Of a stretch of DNA of 64,000 nt, positions 25,896-37,606 are shown one piece after another. Origin of the DNA: Felis catus (Eukaryota); assembly GCF_018350175.1 (NCBI RefSeq), contig NC_058373.1:111354001-111418000 (forward strand), given 5' to 3'. The stretch's first letter is position 1. Every line of letters begins with the position of its first letter. The notes under the pieces were generated by a model. The model saw only the letters and a list, made by a program, of their open reading frames with translations, made no database searches and was not told the origin of the DNA. The translations under genes were made by a program, and so were the position numbers.

Positions 25896-26629
25896 GAAAC
25901 CTTAAAAAACATAAAATCGGAAGCATTAAAACCAATAGTTCTAAATTGGCCTAAAAAGGTAACTTACTGTCTTTGTAAGTGGAAAGCAGAGATGGAGCAG
26001 TCCAAGAACAAACAGATCCAGGAATTTAAATGATGTCTTCAGGATACTCTCCATTTCTTGAGTTTACTTCTTTCTGTATGTTGGTCTTATTTTCTGTTAA
26101 TGTTAGAAGTCTTTCATGGCAGAGATGCACGGTCCTCAGATCACTGAGAGCTTATGGTGAAGAACTAAGAACTTTGTGAAGGAAGGCCTCTGATGGGGTC
26201 CATCCTTGGACTGATCACTGTGGGGAATTATCATTAGCATTATCATCAGAACCACATAAAATGGGGGAAGGTCAGTTCCCTAAAGGATGGGAGTGCTAGT
26301 TAGTAGAGAAATGGGTGGAAGGAATGTGAAGTAGGCAAAAACAATTTATAGTCATTGTAGAGGAGGAAGAAAGAAAGGTAGTAGACAGAGAGACATGTAC
26401 ATAGGAGAGAGAAATGGGTAAAGAAAGGAAAGGGGACTAGTATCAGTTGAGAATGTGGTAAGCCTTGTTTTAAGCATTTTACATTTTATCTCTATAGCTG
26501 ATTAGGGGAAGCTGTATTATCTCCAGAGCATAACCATTTCTAGAACTAATAATTTTAAAAAACCTTTTCATTCTTTTTTTTTTTTATTTGACATATTTCT
26601 TTTATTTTTTCATGAATTAAATTTTCTTT

Positions 26630-27420
26630 TAATTTGTAAATTTACATGCAGTAAAATTCATATTTTGTGATATACCATTCTATGTGTTTTGACGAAGGTA
26701 TAGAATGTGTATCCACCACCACTTGGTAATTAATCAAGACACAGAGTTCCTTTTGCCCCTTTGTAATTAGCCTCTCCCCACCCATCTCCAACCTTGTGGT
26801 AAACCCTGATCTGTTCTCCGTGGCTGTTGTTTTGCTTTTACCAGAATGTCATGTAAGTAGAATCATAATTGTGTAGACTTTTGGGTCAGCCTCTTTCACT
26901 TGGAACATGCCTTTGAAATTCATTCTTGTTGTTGCATGTATCAGTAATTTATTCTTTTTCATTGCTAAGTAGTAATCCATAGTATGAATGTACCATCGTT
27001 TGTTTATTTATCCATCTGTTGAAAAATGTTTGAGTTATTTCTAGTTTTTGGCAACTATGAATAAAACTGCTGTAAACATTTGAGAATTGCTTTTTATATG
27101 AACGTAAACTTTCATTTCACTTGGGTAAATACCCAGGAGTCACATGGTAAGTATACGTTTAATTTTGTAGGTAACTCCCAAACTCTTTTCCAAAGTGGCT
27201 ATACCATTTTGAATTCCCACCAGCAATATATGAAAATTCCAGTTGCTGTTCATCCTTGTTAGCACTGGTATTGGTCAGGTTTTTTGTTTTTGTTTTTGTT
27301 GTTACAGGTTTTTTGTGTTGTTTTGATTTCAACTCTTTTAATAGGTGTATATCACTGTGGTTTTAAATTATACTTTCCTGATGGTTAATGATGCTGGGTA
27401 TTTTTTATGTGCTTTAAAAT
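26630..27420 (-). mobile_element. Old L1 (L1M-type) 3' region
   Basis: ATGAATAAAACTGCTGTAAACATT...TTCCAAAGTGGCTATACCATTTTGAATTCCCACCAGCAAT, antisense L1 ORF2 end and 3' UTR. Confidence 0.8.
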
Positions 27421-28535
27421 ACCTTTCTTTAAAAAAAATACCTTTCTTTAACATTCTGAGAATACTTATCTGCTTTTTAAAAAATGATTGCAGTGATTTT
27501 GAAAACAGAACATTAAATGGCCTTGACAAGGCTTTTGATAAGCATTTCTTTGGGTTATAGCTGGTACATTGCACAACCCAGAGGACAGCATTCACATAAA
27601 AAAAAAAAAAAAAGGCTCTCTGGAGTTGTGCAATGCAGCAGTGTTGGCTATATATTTACAGCCATTATCTAGAATTATCGGTGATTAAGTTTCATGGAAA
27701 ATCTGAGTACTATCAAATGATGCCTTTAAAAATCATTTTTCAGTGTTTCTCTGAAATGAAATTTTGTTCAGTAGCAGGTTCTAAAGAAATGCCCTACAGG
27801 CAGTATGTCTAATGGATCAGTCTTGGGAGACAGAAAGGCCTATTTCAGATACTCAACTCTGCCATTTACTGCATGAATGACCTTGGGCATCTTATCTAAT
27901 AGCTTCTTTGAGCCATTTCTTTATCAGCAAAACAGGGTCGATAGTATCTCCCTTTTGTGGCTGTGGTAAGAATTATCAATAACGTATGTAAAATACCTGA
28001 TACAGATGGACCTCTTCAAGTTACAACTGCTTTCACTTCTATTTCTTACTACTACTTAATACTGATTACCCAAAAGCCATATCCAGCAGAGGCTCTTTAG
28101 GGTACCAGCAAAGTGGAGGAAAAAGAATTTGAAAAAATATTGAAAGCACTTAATATTAAAAATTTTTTTTGAAGTAGTATTCTGAAAAAAAATAATTTTA
28201 TTGGACTAACTTAATCTTAGTTGTATAGTATTTAATACGGTGGGGGTAAAGGATTATACTGTTGTATTTTCTCTACTTGGGGCTTCTAGAGGTCTTAATT
28301 TGGTCCTACCACCATCACCACCACAGCCACCTCTATCATGCCTGTGGTAAAGAAAGACTCAAATATATCACCTAATGTTTAGGGCCTTAGAAATGCAGTT
28401 TCCTTGTTTGAGACAAGAAGATGATATGAATAAATACTAGTTGACATAGTTCTGTAAAGTGAGAATATTTGAAGTTCTAGGGAATTATATTTTAAGATTT
28501 TTTTTAAACTTTATAATTTTTTCATGATTATTCTT

Positions 28536-28694
28536 TAAAAATTTTTTTAAATTCCGGTTAACATACAGTGTAGCATTAGTTTCAGGTGTACAATTTAGTG
28601 ATTCAGTACTTAAATATGACATTCTGTGCTTATCACAAGTGCACTCCTTAATCCCCATCACCCATTTAATCCATCCCCACACCCACCTGCCCTC
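28536..28694 (-). mobile_element. Severely 5'-truncated carnivore L1 3' end
   Basis: GTTAACATACAGTGTAGCATTAGTTTCAGGTGTACAA motif; perfect 15-bp TSD TTCATGATTATTCTT at 28521 and 28695. Confidence 0.85.
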
Positions 28695-29121
28695 TTCATG
28701 ATTATTCTTGTGATTCCATGGTGATTATAGTAAACTCCTTAAAATGGCAAGGAAGGAAAAACAGGGAGATTAGATATACTTTATGAATATAAGGACGAGG
28801 TTTACCAAGTAATGGAGTGGGTATGCAGAAGAGTTTAGGCTAAGTTTCTGGACCTGGAAATAAGTCTTAAGTGAAGAAGAGTGATAGTGTGATTTTATTT
28901 GTTTGGTTTTAAAAGGTCTCTCTCTACCTTGGTGTTTTCTAAAAAATGTCTCTTTACCTTGGTGTTTTCTATTTGTTAGACATACTTGTTTTATACCTTT
29001 GTAAACTGAAGTGGTTTTACAACTTTGAGCCAAATTATTTTGATTCACACTTTTATTTCTCAAATGGACTTTTTTTTAGGTAATCATATGGAGCAGAGTA
29101 AGAAATAGTCTAAGAAGTTCC

Positions 29122-29330
29122 TTTTTTTTTTTTTTAAGTTCTTATTTTAATTCTAGTTAGTTAACATACTGTGTTATATTAGTTTCAGGAGTACAATACA
29201 GTGATTCAACAATTCCATATATTACCCACTGCTCATCACAAGTGTACTCCTTAATCCCCCCTCACCTATTTCACCCATCCCCCCACCCTCCTTCCCTCTG
29301 GTAACCATCACTTTGTTTTCTGTAGTTAAG
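29122..29330 (-). mobile_element. Second 5'-truncated carnivore L1 3' end
   Basis: Poly-T tail, then GTTAACATACTGTGTTATATTAGTTTCAGG...CCCTCTGGTAACCATCA. Confidence 0.85.
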
Positions 29331-29499
29331 AATCTAAAGGTCTCTCTCTTTTTCCATTTCTTCTTCTCTCTCAGGTAAGTAATAGATCAAAAACATTTCA
29401 TTTTAGCCATTATGTAGCTTGAGATTAGAGAAGGAAAATTTGCATTCACATCTCCTAGCTTCATCTGCCTTCGTTGCCTTTTACCTACTGTGGCATATT

Positions 29500-29900
29500 C
29501 TTTGTTTTTCTCAAATTAACAAAATGTAGATATTTAGTGGGCACTATCTTCTACTTGCTGAAAGACTAAATTTCTGAGGTTCTCTTGCAGCTAGGTATAA
29601 CCTTATGAAGAAGTTCTGATCAGTGATATGTAAGTGGAAGTGTGTGATACTTCCAAAATTCTATTTAAAGGGAGAGTTGTACCCTTTTAATCTTTTTCTC
29701 TAGCTGCCAACTTAGACCATGAGGACAGGGGCTATATTCCAAGGATGGTGGATTAGAGAGTGGAAGGATACTTTTATGTTGGTGACATGGTAGAACAGAC
29801 CTGGACTGCCTGTTTTCAGATTATTTTATGTCAGAGAGAAGTAAACTTGTATTTTTTTAAGCCACAGTGAATTTGGGTTTTTCTGTTATGTGTAGTTGAA
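29500..29900. mobile_element. MLT1-like MaLR LTR fragment
   Basis: CTCTTGCAGCTAGG...TTAGACCATGAG...GAGAGAAGTAAACTTGTATTTTTTTAAGCCAC. Confidence 0.65.
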
Positions 29901-31017
29901 TCTACTCCCCTCCCCCCCCCCCCACTAGCACCCCCACATTCTAAAGCAGCCTCCTTTCTCTTACTCTGTGGTTGAACTCTTGGTGCCATTCACCTTTCCA
30001 CTTCTAAATCGCTGAAATCCCTACTCTCAACATTTTCCATAGTATTTGTTTTTGTTCACAGGCACAACACTGTAATTAGAAACTGCTATGAGTGCTAGTT
30101 ATGTAGTTTCTGAAATTTTAATAGCTCTGAAGAAACTTTTAAGACAAGACTACAAAAGCATGTATAAATGCAGTTACAAATATTTTATTTCCTAGTGAAA
30201 AAGATGATTTCTAAAAAATAATGTATAAATACAAACCTGCCCCCCAGCCTCCTGCCCCAGTCCCCAATGGTGATAGACAGATCGATTTGGTTAATTGGCT
30301 ATCAGAAATTCTTCCAGTGATTATGTCTACATCACTGATAACCCTCTTGTTATCTGCCTGTTTTGGATCACTCATTGTACTCCTATTCTAATCATAGGGA
30401 AGTATAATATGTGGAAGCTTCCATATGGAAGTTACACAGTTATTGGTACAAGGATGGTTATGTGAAATGAACTAGCTGTCTTCTGGGGTTTTTAGAACTG
30501 TACCCAGCAGGGAGAGAGATCCTCTCTAGTCTTCAGACCATAAAGATGTGAAAAAATTGGTGTAGGAGAATCATACTAAGCAGAAATAGAGATGGAAGGA
30601 AATAATCCAGTTTTTTTCTTTGGAAAATGGACATTGTACCTCATATGGGGTAATTTAGAATCTCTTTTTCTAGTAACTTGATAATTTGCAATTGAGACAG
30701 AACTTTAAGTGAGTCTGTGTTGGGAACTTGAATTGGAGGGTCAAATGAAGGGACAGAAGTTTCTTTGAAGCCATATTCCTAAATATAAATAAATATTAAT
30801 ATAAAATATAATTAAAAAATTTAAAGGGTGATAGAAATAATGTTCTTTGCTACTTTGAAAAAAGTTCAGTATTGGTTTATTAATTTTAAGAAATGAACCA
30901 TACTAATATAAGATGTTAATAGGGGAAACTGAATGGGAGGGTGGTATATGGGAACTCTGTACTGTCTTCTGAATTTTCCTTTAAATGTAAAATTTCTAAA
31001 AGAAAAAGACTATTTTA

Positions 31018-31020
31018 TAT

Positions 31021-31059
<39 letters not shown>

Positions 31060-31275
31060 TCTATTTATTTATTTATTGTTTAACGTTTATTTTTTATTAT
31101 TTTTGAGAGACAGAGACAGAGCACAAGCGGGGGAGGTGCAGAGAGAGGGGGAGACACAGAATGTGAAGCAGGCTCCAGGCTCTGAGCTGTCAGCCTGGGG
31201 CTGGAACTCATGAACTGTGAGATCATGACCTGAGTGAAAGTCAGATGCTTAGCCGATTGAGCCACTGAGGCGCCT
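31018..31275 (-). mobile_element. CAN-SINE with (TTTA)n tail microsatellite
   Basis: SINE body; (TTTA)n at 31018-31077. Confidence 0.92.
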
Positions 31276-31789
31276 CGAGAAAGCCTATTTTTTAAAAAAG
31301 TAGTTAATTTTTAAAAATTATGAATAATATAAACTGCTTGAGGGCAGGGTCTTTTTGACTTGTTAATATTTGTGTACTTAAAGTCTAGCATAGTGCCTAG
31401 TACAAAATAATGTTGAGGAACATTGTTACACTTTGGTTATTTTGTGGAAGGAGTTTTCTGGAAACATGAGAAGAACGAAGTTAGAAAAGAAGCTATTTAA
31501 TTTTCTCAATTTTTATTAAAAAGCAACAAAAATTCATTTTAATACAAGTTGAATTTATTTGACTACATTTCATACTCAGTGCATTGCATTAACTTTCTAT
31601 TATTGCTTGTGAGGACAATTTGAAATCCTCAGTGTTGTAAATGATTTTGAAAAGACATCAAGCTTAGTTTACTTGATAAAACTATTTCATTTCATTAACA
31701 GGCTAAGTGCTAAAATATTAAACAGTCCTTTAATAAGTAGAATTAATATAATATTTAAAAACTGAGTATATCAACATATATTGATGTCA

Positions 31790-31949
31790 TTAGCCTTTAG
31801 GGAAATGCAAATTAAAACCATGAAGAGAGGGGTGCAGGTGGCTCAGTTGGCTGAGTGTCTGACTCTTGATTTTGGCTCAGGTTGTGATCCCAGGGTCATG
31901 GGATCGAACCCTGTGTTGGACTCTGTGCTGAGCATGGAACCTGCTTAAG

Positions 31950-32007
<58 letters not shown>

Positions 32008-32785
32008 TCCTCCTCTCTCCATCTTCCTTTCTCCCTCCCTCTGCCACTCTCCCCCACTGACTCTTTCTTAAAAATAAAAAGTTGTAAGAAAAATAAAACC
32101 AATAAGAGATACCGCTACATACCTATTAGAATAGCAAAACAAAATCCAACAAATTCTGACAAAACCAAGCAGGCAAGAATGTGGAACAACTGGAACTCTT
32201 ACATATTGCTGACAGGAATGCAAAATTGTACAGCTACTTTAGATAACAATTTGTCAGTTTCTTACAAAGTTCAACATACATTCAGCACATGACCCAGCAA
32301 TCCCATCCGTAGGTATTTTCCCAGAAGAAATGAAACTCTGTTCTCTCAAAAGCTGGTACGTGAGTGTTTATAGCAGCTCTATTCATAATTGTCAGAAACT
32401 GGAAGTGATCCAGATGTCAATATGTGAATGGACACACCGTAAAATGGAATACTACTCAGTAATAAAAGGAACCAACTGATGATATATGCAGCTTGGATGA
32501 ATTTTAAAGGCATTATCTTTAGTGAAAGCAACTTGTGATTCCATTTATGTGACATTCTTGCAAATGTAAAACTCTAGTGATGGAAAACAGCACTGGTTAT
32601 CAGGGATTATGTTGCTTATGACTATATATAACTTACAATTGTAGAAAGAGTAGGAAGTTTTTTGGTGTAATGGAACTGTTAATGTATGATGGTGGTTTAT
32701 ATGGGTTAACATTCATAAAACTGTATATACTCTTATTCCCCTGAGAAAGTCAGTTTTACTGTATGTTAATTTAAAAAATAAAACA
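31790..32785 (+). mobile_element. Old L1 ORF2 end and 3' UTR, interrupted by a + strand CAN-SINE with long (CT)n (~31828-32100)
   Basis: AGGGAAATGCAAATTAAAACCA, TGACCCAGCAATCCCA and AATGGAATACTACTCAG L1 motifs. Confidence 0.82.
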
Positions 32786-32948
32786 GAGGATATATATACA
32801 AACTGAATATATGTCTGCTTTATAAAGCTTTTGGTTTAACTACTGGCTAAATAAACTTGTGTAATTATTGTCTGATGTTTTTTCTATTAGATTTTTTTTT
32901 AACTTTGAAGAATTTGTATAAGGTAACATATCAAAAAACTTTTATATT

Positions 32949-33160
32949 GGGGTACCTGGGTGGCTCAGTCAGTTAAGTGTTGGACTTTAGCTCAGGTCAT
33001 GATCTCATGATTCGTGGGTTTGAGCCCCTCATTGTGCTTTGTGCTGACAGCTCAGAACGTGGAGCCTGCTTCAGATTCTGTGTCTCCCTCTCTCTCTGCC
33101 CTTCCCCTGCTCGTACTCTGTCTCTCAAAAATGAAGAAATGTTAAAAAGAAAAAAAACAA
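32949..33160 (+). mobile_element. CAN-SINE
   Basis: SINE head, body and tail. Confidence 0.92.
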
Positions 33161-34924
33161 ACCCTTTTATATTAAATAAATTGGTACCATAATCTATCTG
33201 TGCAAAGAATTTGGGTGGTCACTTAGCACAACTTAACATTTTTGGATAGTTAATAACTGTCATTTACTGAAATCAATACCGTTCAGTTGACACTTTGCTA
33301 AATATTTTACATATTTTACTCATTATTATGGTTAAGTATTATTTTTCCTATTTTACACATGAGGAAACTGAAGCATAGGGGTCTTAGATGACTTGCCCGA
33401 GATCACACAGTAAGAATGTGATAAAGCTGGCATTTCAACTATGATACCATTGTTATTGGGTCTGTGTATTTTCTTCAATAATTATCTAATTATATTTTGC
33501 TTAGTATCAATGTAAAACCAACTACAAGGAGTATATGTGCTAACTGGTAGGTCAAAGCAGCCTAACAGCAGTCTGGGTAACAAAAATTAACTAACTTGGC
33601 AATATAGATTTCCTTTTGCAAATGAATATAAAGATAATAGTTGCATGTATTAATAATTTAAACCATAATGTTTGCCTATTTGGCTGTTAAGCATTGTATT
33701 TATAGTTTTGCCACCTCAAGTAGAAATAAAAAAAGAAAGTAAAAATGTGTTTTCTACAGTACACCCAATTAACTTGTAATACAGTTTGTCTTTGACTTAC
33801 AAATACTTTAAGTGCTCTATAGAATAGAAATTGCTTGGAAAGTAGGTGATCTCTACCTAGAGGAACGCTGTCTCTCATAGGTTCAGATTTTCCAGCAGGC
33901 ACTATTAATTAATTTTTTCTTTAACGCCGATTCTGCCGCTGAATCCCTGCCTCTCTGCAAACCTGCCATGTTGTCGTGGGTGTCAGGGACATCTCTGCTC
34001 TCACTGACAAACTGGGAGGCAACTGAATTCCTAAGATCACAATTTAGAACTCAGAATATTAATAAATTCCCCCCTCCCACATACACAAAGACACACACAT
34101 GTATATTTTCCTGTATTTATAAATGGTAGCTACATACAGTTGTTAGATTGCAATTTAATATTAAATAGCCTGGGAATAGAATGACCATTTTTAACATTGT
34201 TTTCATATAAAAGGAAAGTGCATTCTAAGTTCTGAATAGGCATTCGAATATCCTGTTCATTCATGGTAGACTGCCTGTTTTTAATATATGAGAACCTCAT
34301 TGCTTGTCAGGTGTCAAGCATGAAATATTTGGTACGTTCACTAGCTTGTAATCATCAAGGATTATATATCTGAGTTTGGGGCTAAACAGTACTGCAGATA
34401 ATTTGGGTGTTAAATAGTGTACTGCAGATAATTTATGTTTTTGTGTAATTGAGACTGATAGTACTACTGAAATTTTGTTAATGAATGATTGATGACTATA
34501 AATTTTAATCTGTGTAACTTGGTGGAGTGGAAAAAACTATGGTTTTGGTGTCAGATCTGAATTCAAATTCTAGCCCTACCATTTACTAACTGAATCTGTT
34601 TCCTCAGCCGTAAAATGGAGATGGTGATTGCAGGATGGTGGTGAGATTTGAAATGATTTAGCAGTACCCTGTGTAAAGTGCTTATTTAGTCAAGGCATTT
34701 GATACACATTAAACACTCAAAATAGCATACCATTAAATCTTTACTTTCTTGAAGTTTGTAACTTGACATGCATAAAGGTGAGCATTTCACTGAGCTATAG
34801 CAAAGAATTATGTTTTAAAAGGTGTAATAGTAAGTAGGTGTGATAATATATGTCGATATCTCTTTGGCTATGTTAAATATAAGATGGCTTATTTTAATTT
34901 TTCACATTTTTATAAAATTAAAAC

Positions 34925-35152
34925 AAATTTTTTTAATGTTTACTTTTGAGAGGGAGAGAGAGGGAGAGAATGAGCATGAGCATGGGAGGGGCAGAGAGAG
35001 AGGGAAACACAGAATCAGAAGCAGGCTTCAGGCTCCTGAGTTTTCAGTGCAGAGCCCAACAGAGCCTGACATGGGGCTTGAACGCACGAGTTGTGAGATC
35101 ATGACCTGAACTTAAGTTGGACCGTTAGCTGACTGAGCCACCCTGGCACCCC
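34925..35152 (-). mobile_element. CAN-SINE
   Basis: SINE body; TSD TAATTTTTCACATTTT. Confidence 0.92.
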
Positions 35153-36044
35153 TAATTTTTCACATTTTAATAATGCTCATAAAAACCATTTGTTAATTAC
35201 TTATCTATTAAGGAAAGCTCAAGTAGAAAGTAAAAACAATGAATAAAATAATGTGCTGTTTATTCTTCAAATTATTATTTTGTATAGTAATATTTGCTTT
35301 AATAGGAAGTCTTATTTTATGGAGATAATTGGCTCATTTTTATTTCCTTTTATAAAATAGTAAACTTTTGAAATGCATATATGCTCCTGAAATTCAGATT
35401 GTAGTTTATCAATACTACAATACTATCAATACTGACTTTCAAAGCTATTTCAATGAACGTGAAATAGAAACCTTAGAATGTAAATGAGTTTGATAACTGT
35501 TCTTACATGAACTTGGTGGTAGAAGTATGAGAGTTTAACTACTTTAATATGTTTATAGTCCAGCTTCAGGTTAACAAACTAAGCACAATTAAACAAAAAT
35601 AATGTTCCTGGTCTTGAACACTGAAAATGGTCTTTGAGAAAGTCTGTTTCAGTTAATAAATACTTCATTTAAGCAATGCTATCTGGTTAGGCCATAGTAA
35701 ATATCAGATGCCTAGAGAAAATTTGTTGTTGAGTATCATATACTTAAAATGTCTGGCCAGCTTGGTGGAAGGTGTAGCTAGGAGGTTATTTATTCTTCCC
35801 TGGCTTTTACTCTCCCTTGATATCCCTTCTTCTCACTGCTTTTTCCTTACTTCTTCTCCTCACATCTCTCTTTTCCTTCTCTTTCTTCTTTTTTCTTCCC
35901 TATTCCTTTTCCCTTTTCCTTTCCTCCAGTAACCTCTAATGAGATTTTTTTTAAACTAAGAAACATTTCAGACATATTAAATAGTACAGTAAATCATATA
36001 TGCAACCATATCCACCATTGAAATTAAGCAGATGTCAGCTTTTA

Positions 36045-36190
36045 AAAAAATTTTTTTAAGTGTTTATTTTTGAGAGAGAGACACACAGAGAGCAAGTGGG
36101 GGAGGGGCAGAGAGAGAAAGGGGGACACAGAATCTGAAGCAGACTCCAGGTTCTGAGCTATCAGCACAGAGTCCGACACGGGGCTTGAAC
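36045..36190 (-). mobile_element. CAN-SINE lacking its 5' head
   Basis: Tail and body present; homology stops at GGGCTTGAACT. Confidence 0.85.
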
Positions 36191-37606
36191 TGCAAAAAAA
36201 AGTTTTGCAGTCTTTAGTTCAACTCCTATTTTTTTTTTAAAGGTCAGAAGAAGAGCAGGGATTCTTGACTCTTGTTTCTTGCAATATCTTTACTGTTTTG
36301 AATAATGCTTGGGTTTTAGTAGGTGTCCAACAAATATTTGTTATGAAGATCAACAAAGGAGAACCAATATATATTCAGAGAAGAACAACAAAAAATCAAG
36401 TGTCAAGGCAATAGTGTTTGAAAAAGAGTCATCCACGGTGTCAGAGACAATGAGAGTGTTTTGGTAAAAGTTGAAAACTGCATTGTCATTGATAACCTAG
36501 GTAGTCACTGAAAGCATGGCTTTCATCTTAGCACATGTCACTAGAGAGGCAGTGTGATATGCTAGTCATTTAAGGTCCAGGTTTTGGAGACAGAAAGCCT
36601 GACTTCCACTTAGCTTTCTGTGTCACTGGGCAAGTCACGTTTCAGTTTCTTCTATAAAGGAGAGATGAACTTAGAGGGTTGTGAGAAGTAAATGAGTTAA
36701 CTCATGTAAGAAAAATGGACTTAGAACAATGCCTGGTACATAGTAAATGCTAAAAGAAAAATTGCTGCCTTTGAGTAATTACTATCAAATAACCTGAATG
36801 CTATATATGGCTCCTCAAATCTTCTGTAGGTCCTGTCTCAGTTTGGCCAAAACAGTCACCTCTTCTACACATTAATATCTGCTGGTATGAAATCTCTTAC
36901 AAACTCTATAACTAAGGATGTGAACAATCTCATAATTTGTCTTTTTTATCTCAGTTGAGATAGTACTTTAAATTTTCTCTTAGTATTTTATTGGTAGGCA
37001 ATAATAATAATATCAGTCAAAATTAAGTAGTGTGAATTCTTTAAAGACCAAAATGTATTTTTGATGGTATCTTATTTACATAGCTGTTTCTTATGTTGAA
37101 AATCTGGTAAACTTTGTTCAGTCATAGCTTTATGAGGATCTGAAAGGATGATCATAACAGCTGCTAAGTAAATGGTTTTGAATTTTAGAATTATTCCTAT
37201 TCTCAGCAGTGCTAATTAGTAATACTTTATGCATTGAATGTCAGTATAAGTAGGGAGAGCTGACAATTTTATTTTCTTCTTTGAGCTTTCAAATGTATTC
37301 CATTCCATCCAAAATCATTGGGTATTTTCAACATTAATGATACATTGGGAATAGAGAAATTCACAATGAGAAAATATTTAGAACTTCTAAAATTTCCTTC
37401 TGTTATATTTGAAAAAAGTAAGTTTGGTTATTTACTGAGGGAAAATAATGTTTTAAGATAAAAAGCAGTGTTTAGTTGGTTGTATTTTAAGAACATTTGT
37501 TTTACTTGAATTGAATTGAATGGAGCTATGCTGTAATAATGATAATTTTTTCTTTCTTCTTCTGTAGCAATTAGAGGGTTTTCTGACAGATCATTCTGTT
37601 TTATAG

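Noticed and set aside
34385..34435. Direct repeat GTACTGCAGATAATTT x2 (similar short duplications at ~18250, ~46758, ~62131)
   Set aside because: Isolated two-copy slippage duplications with no higher-order structure
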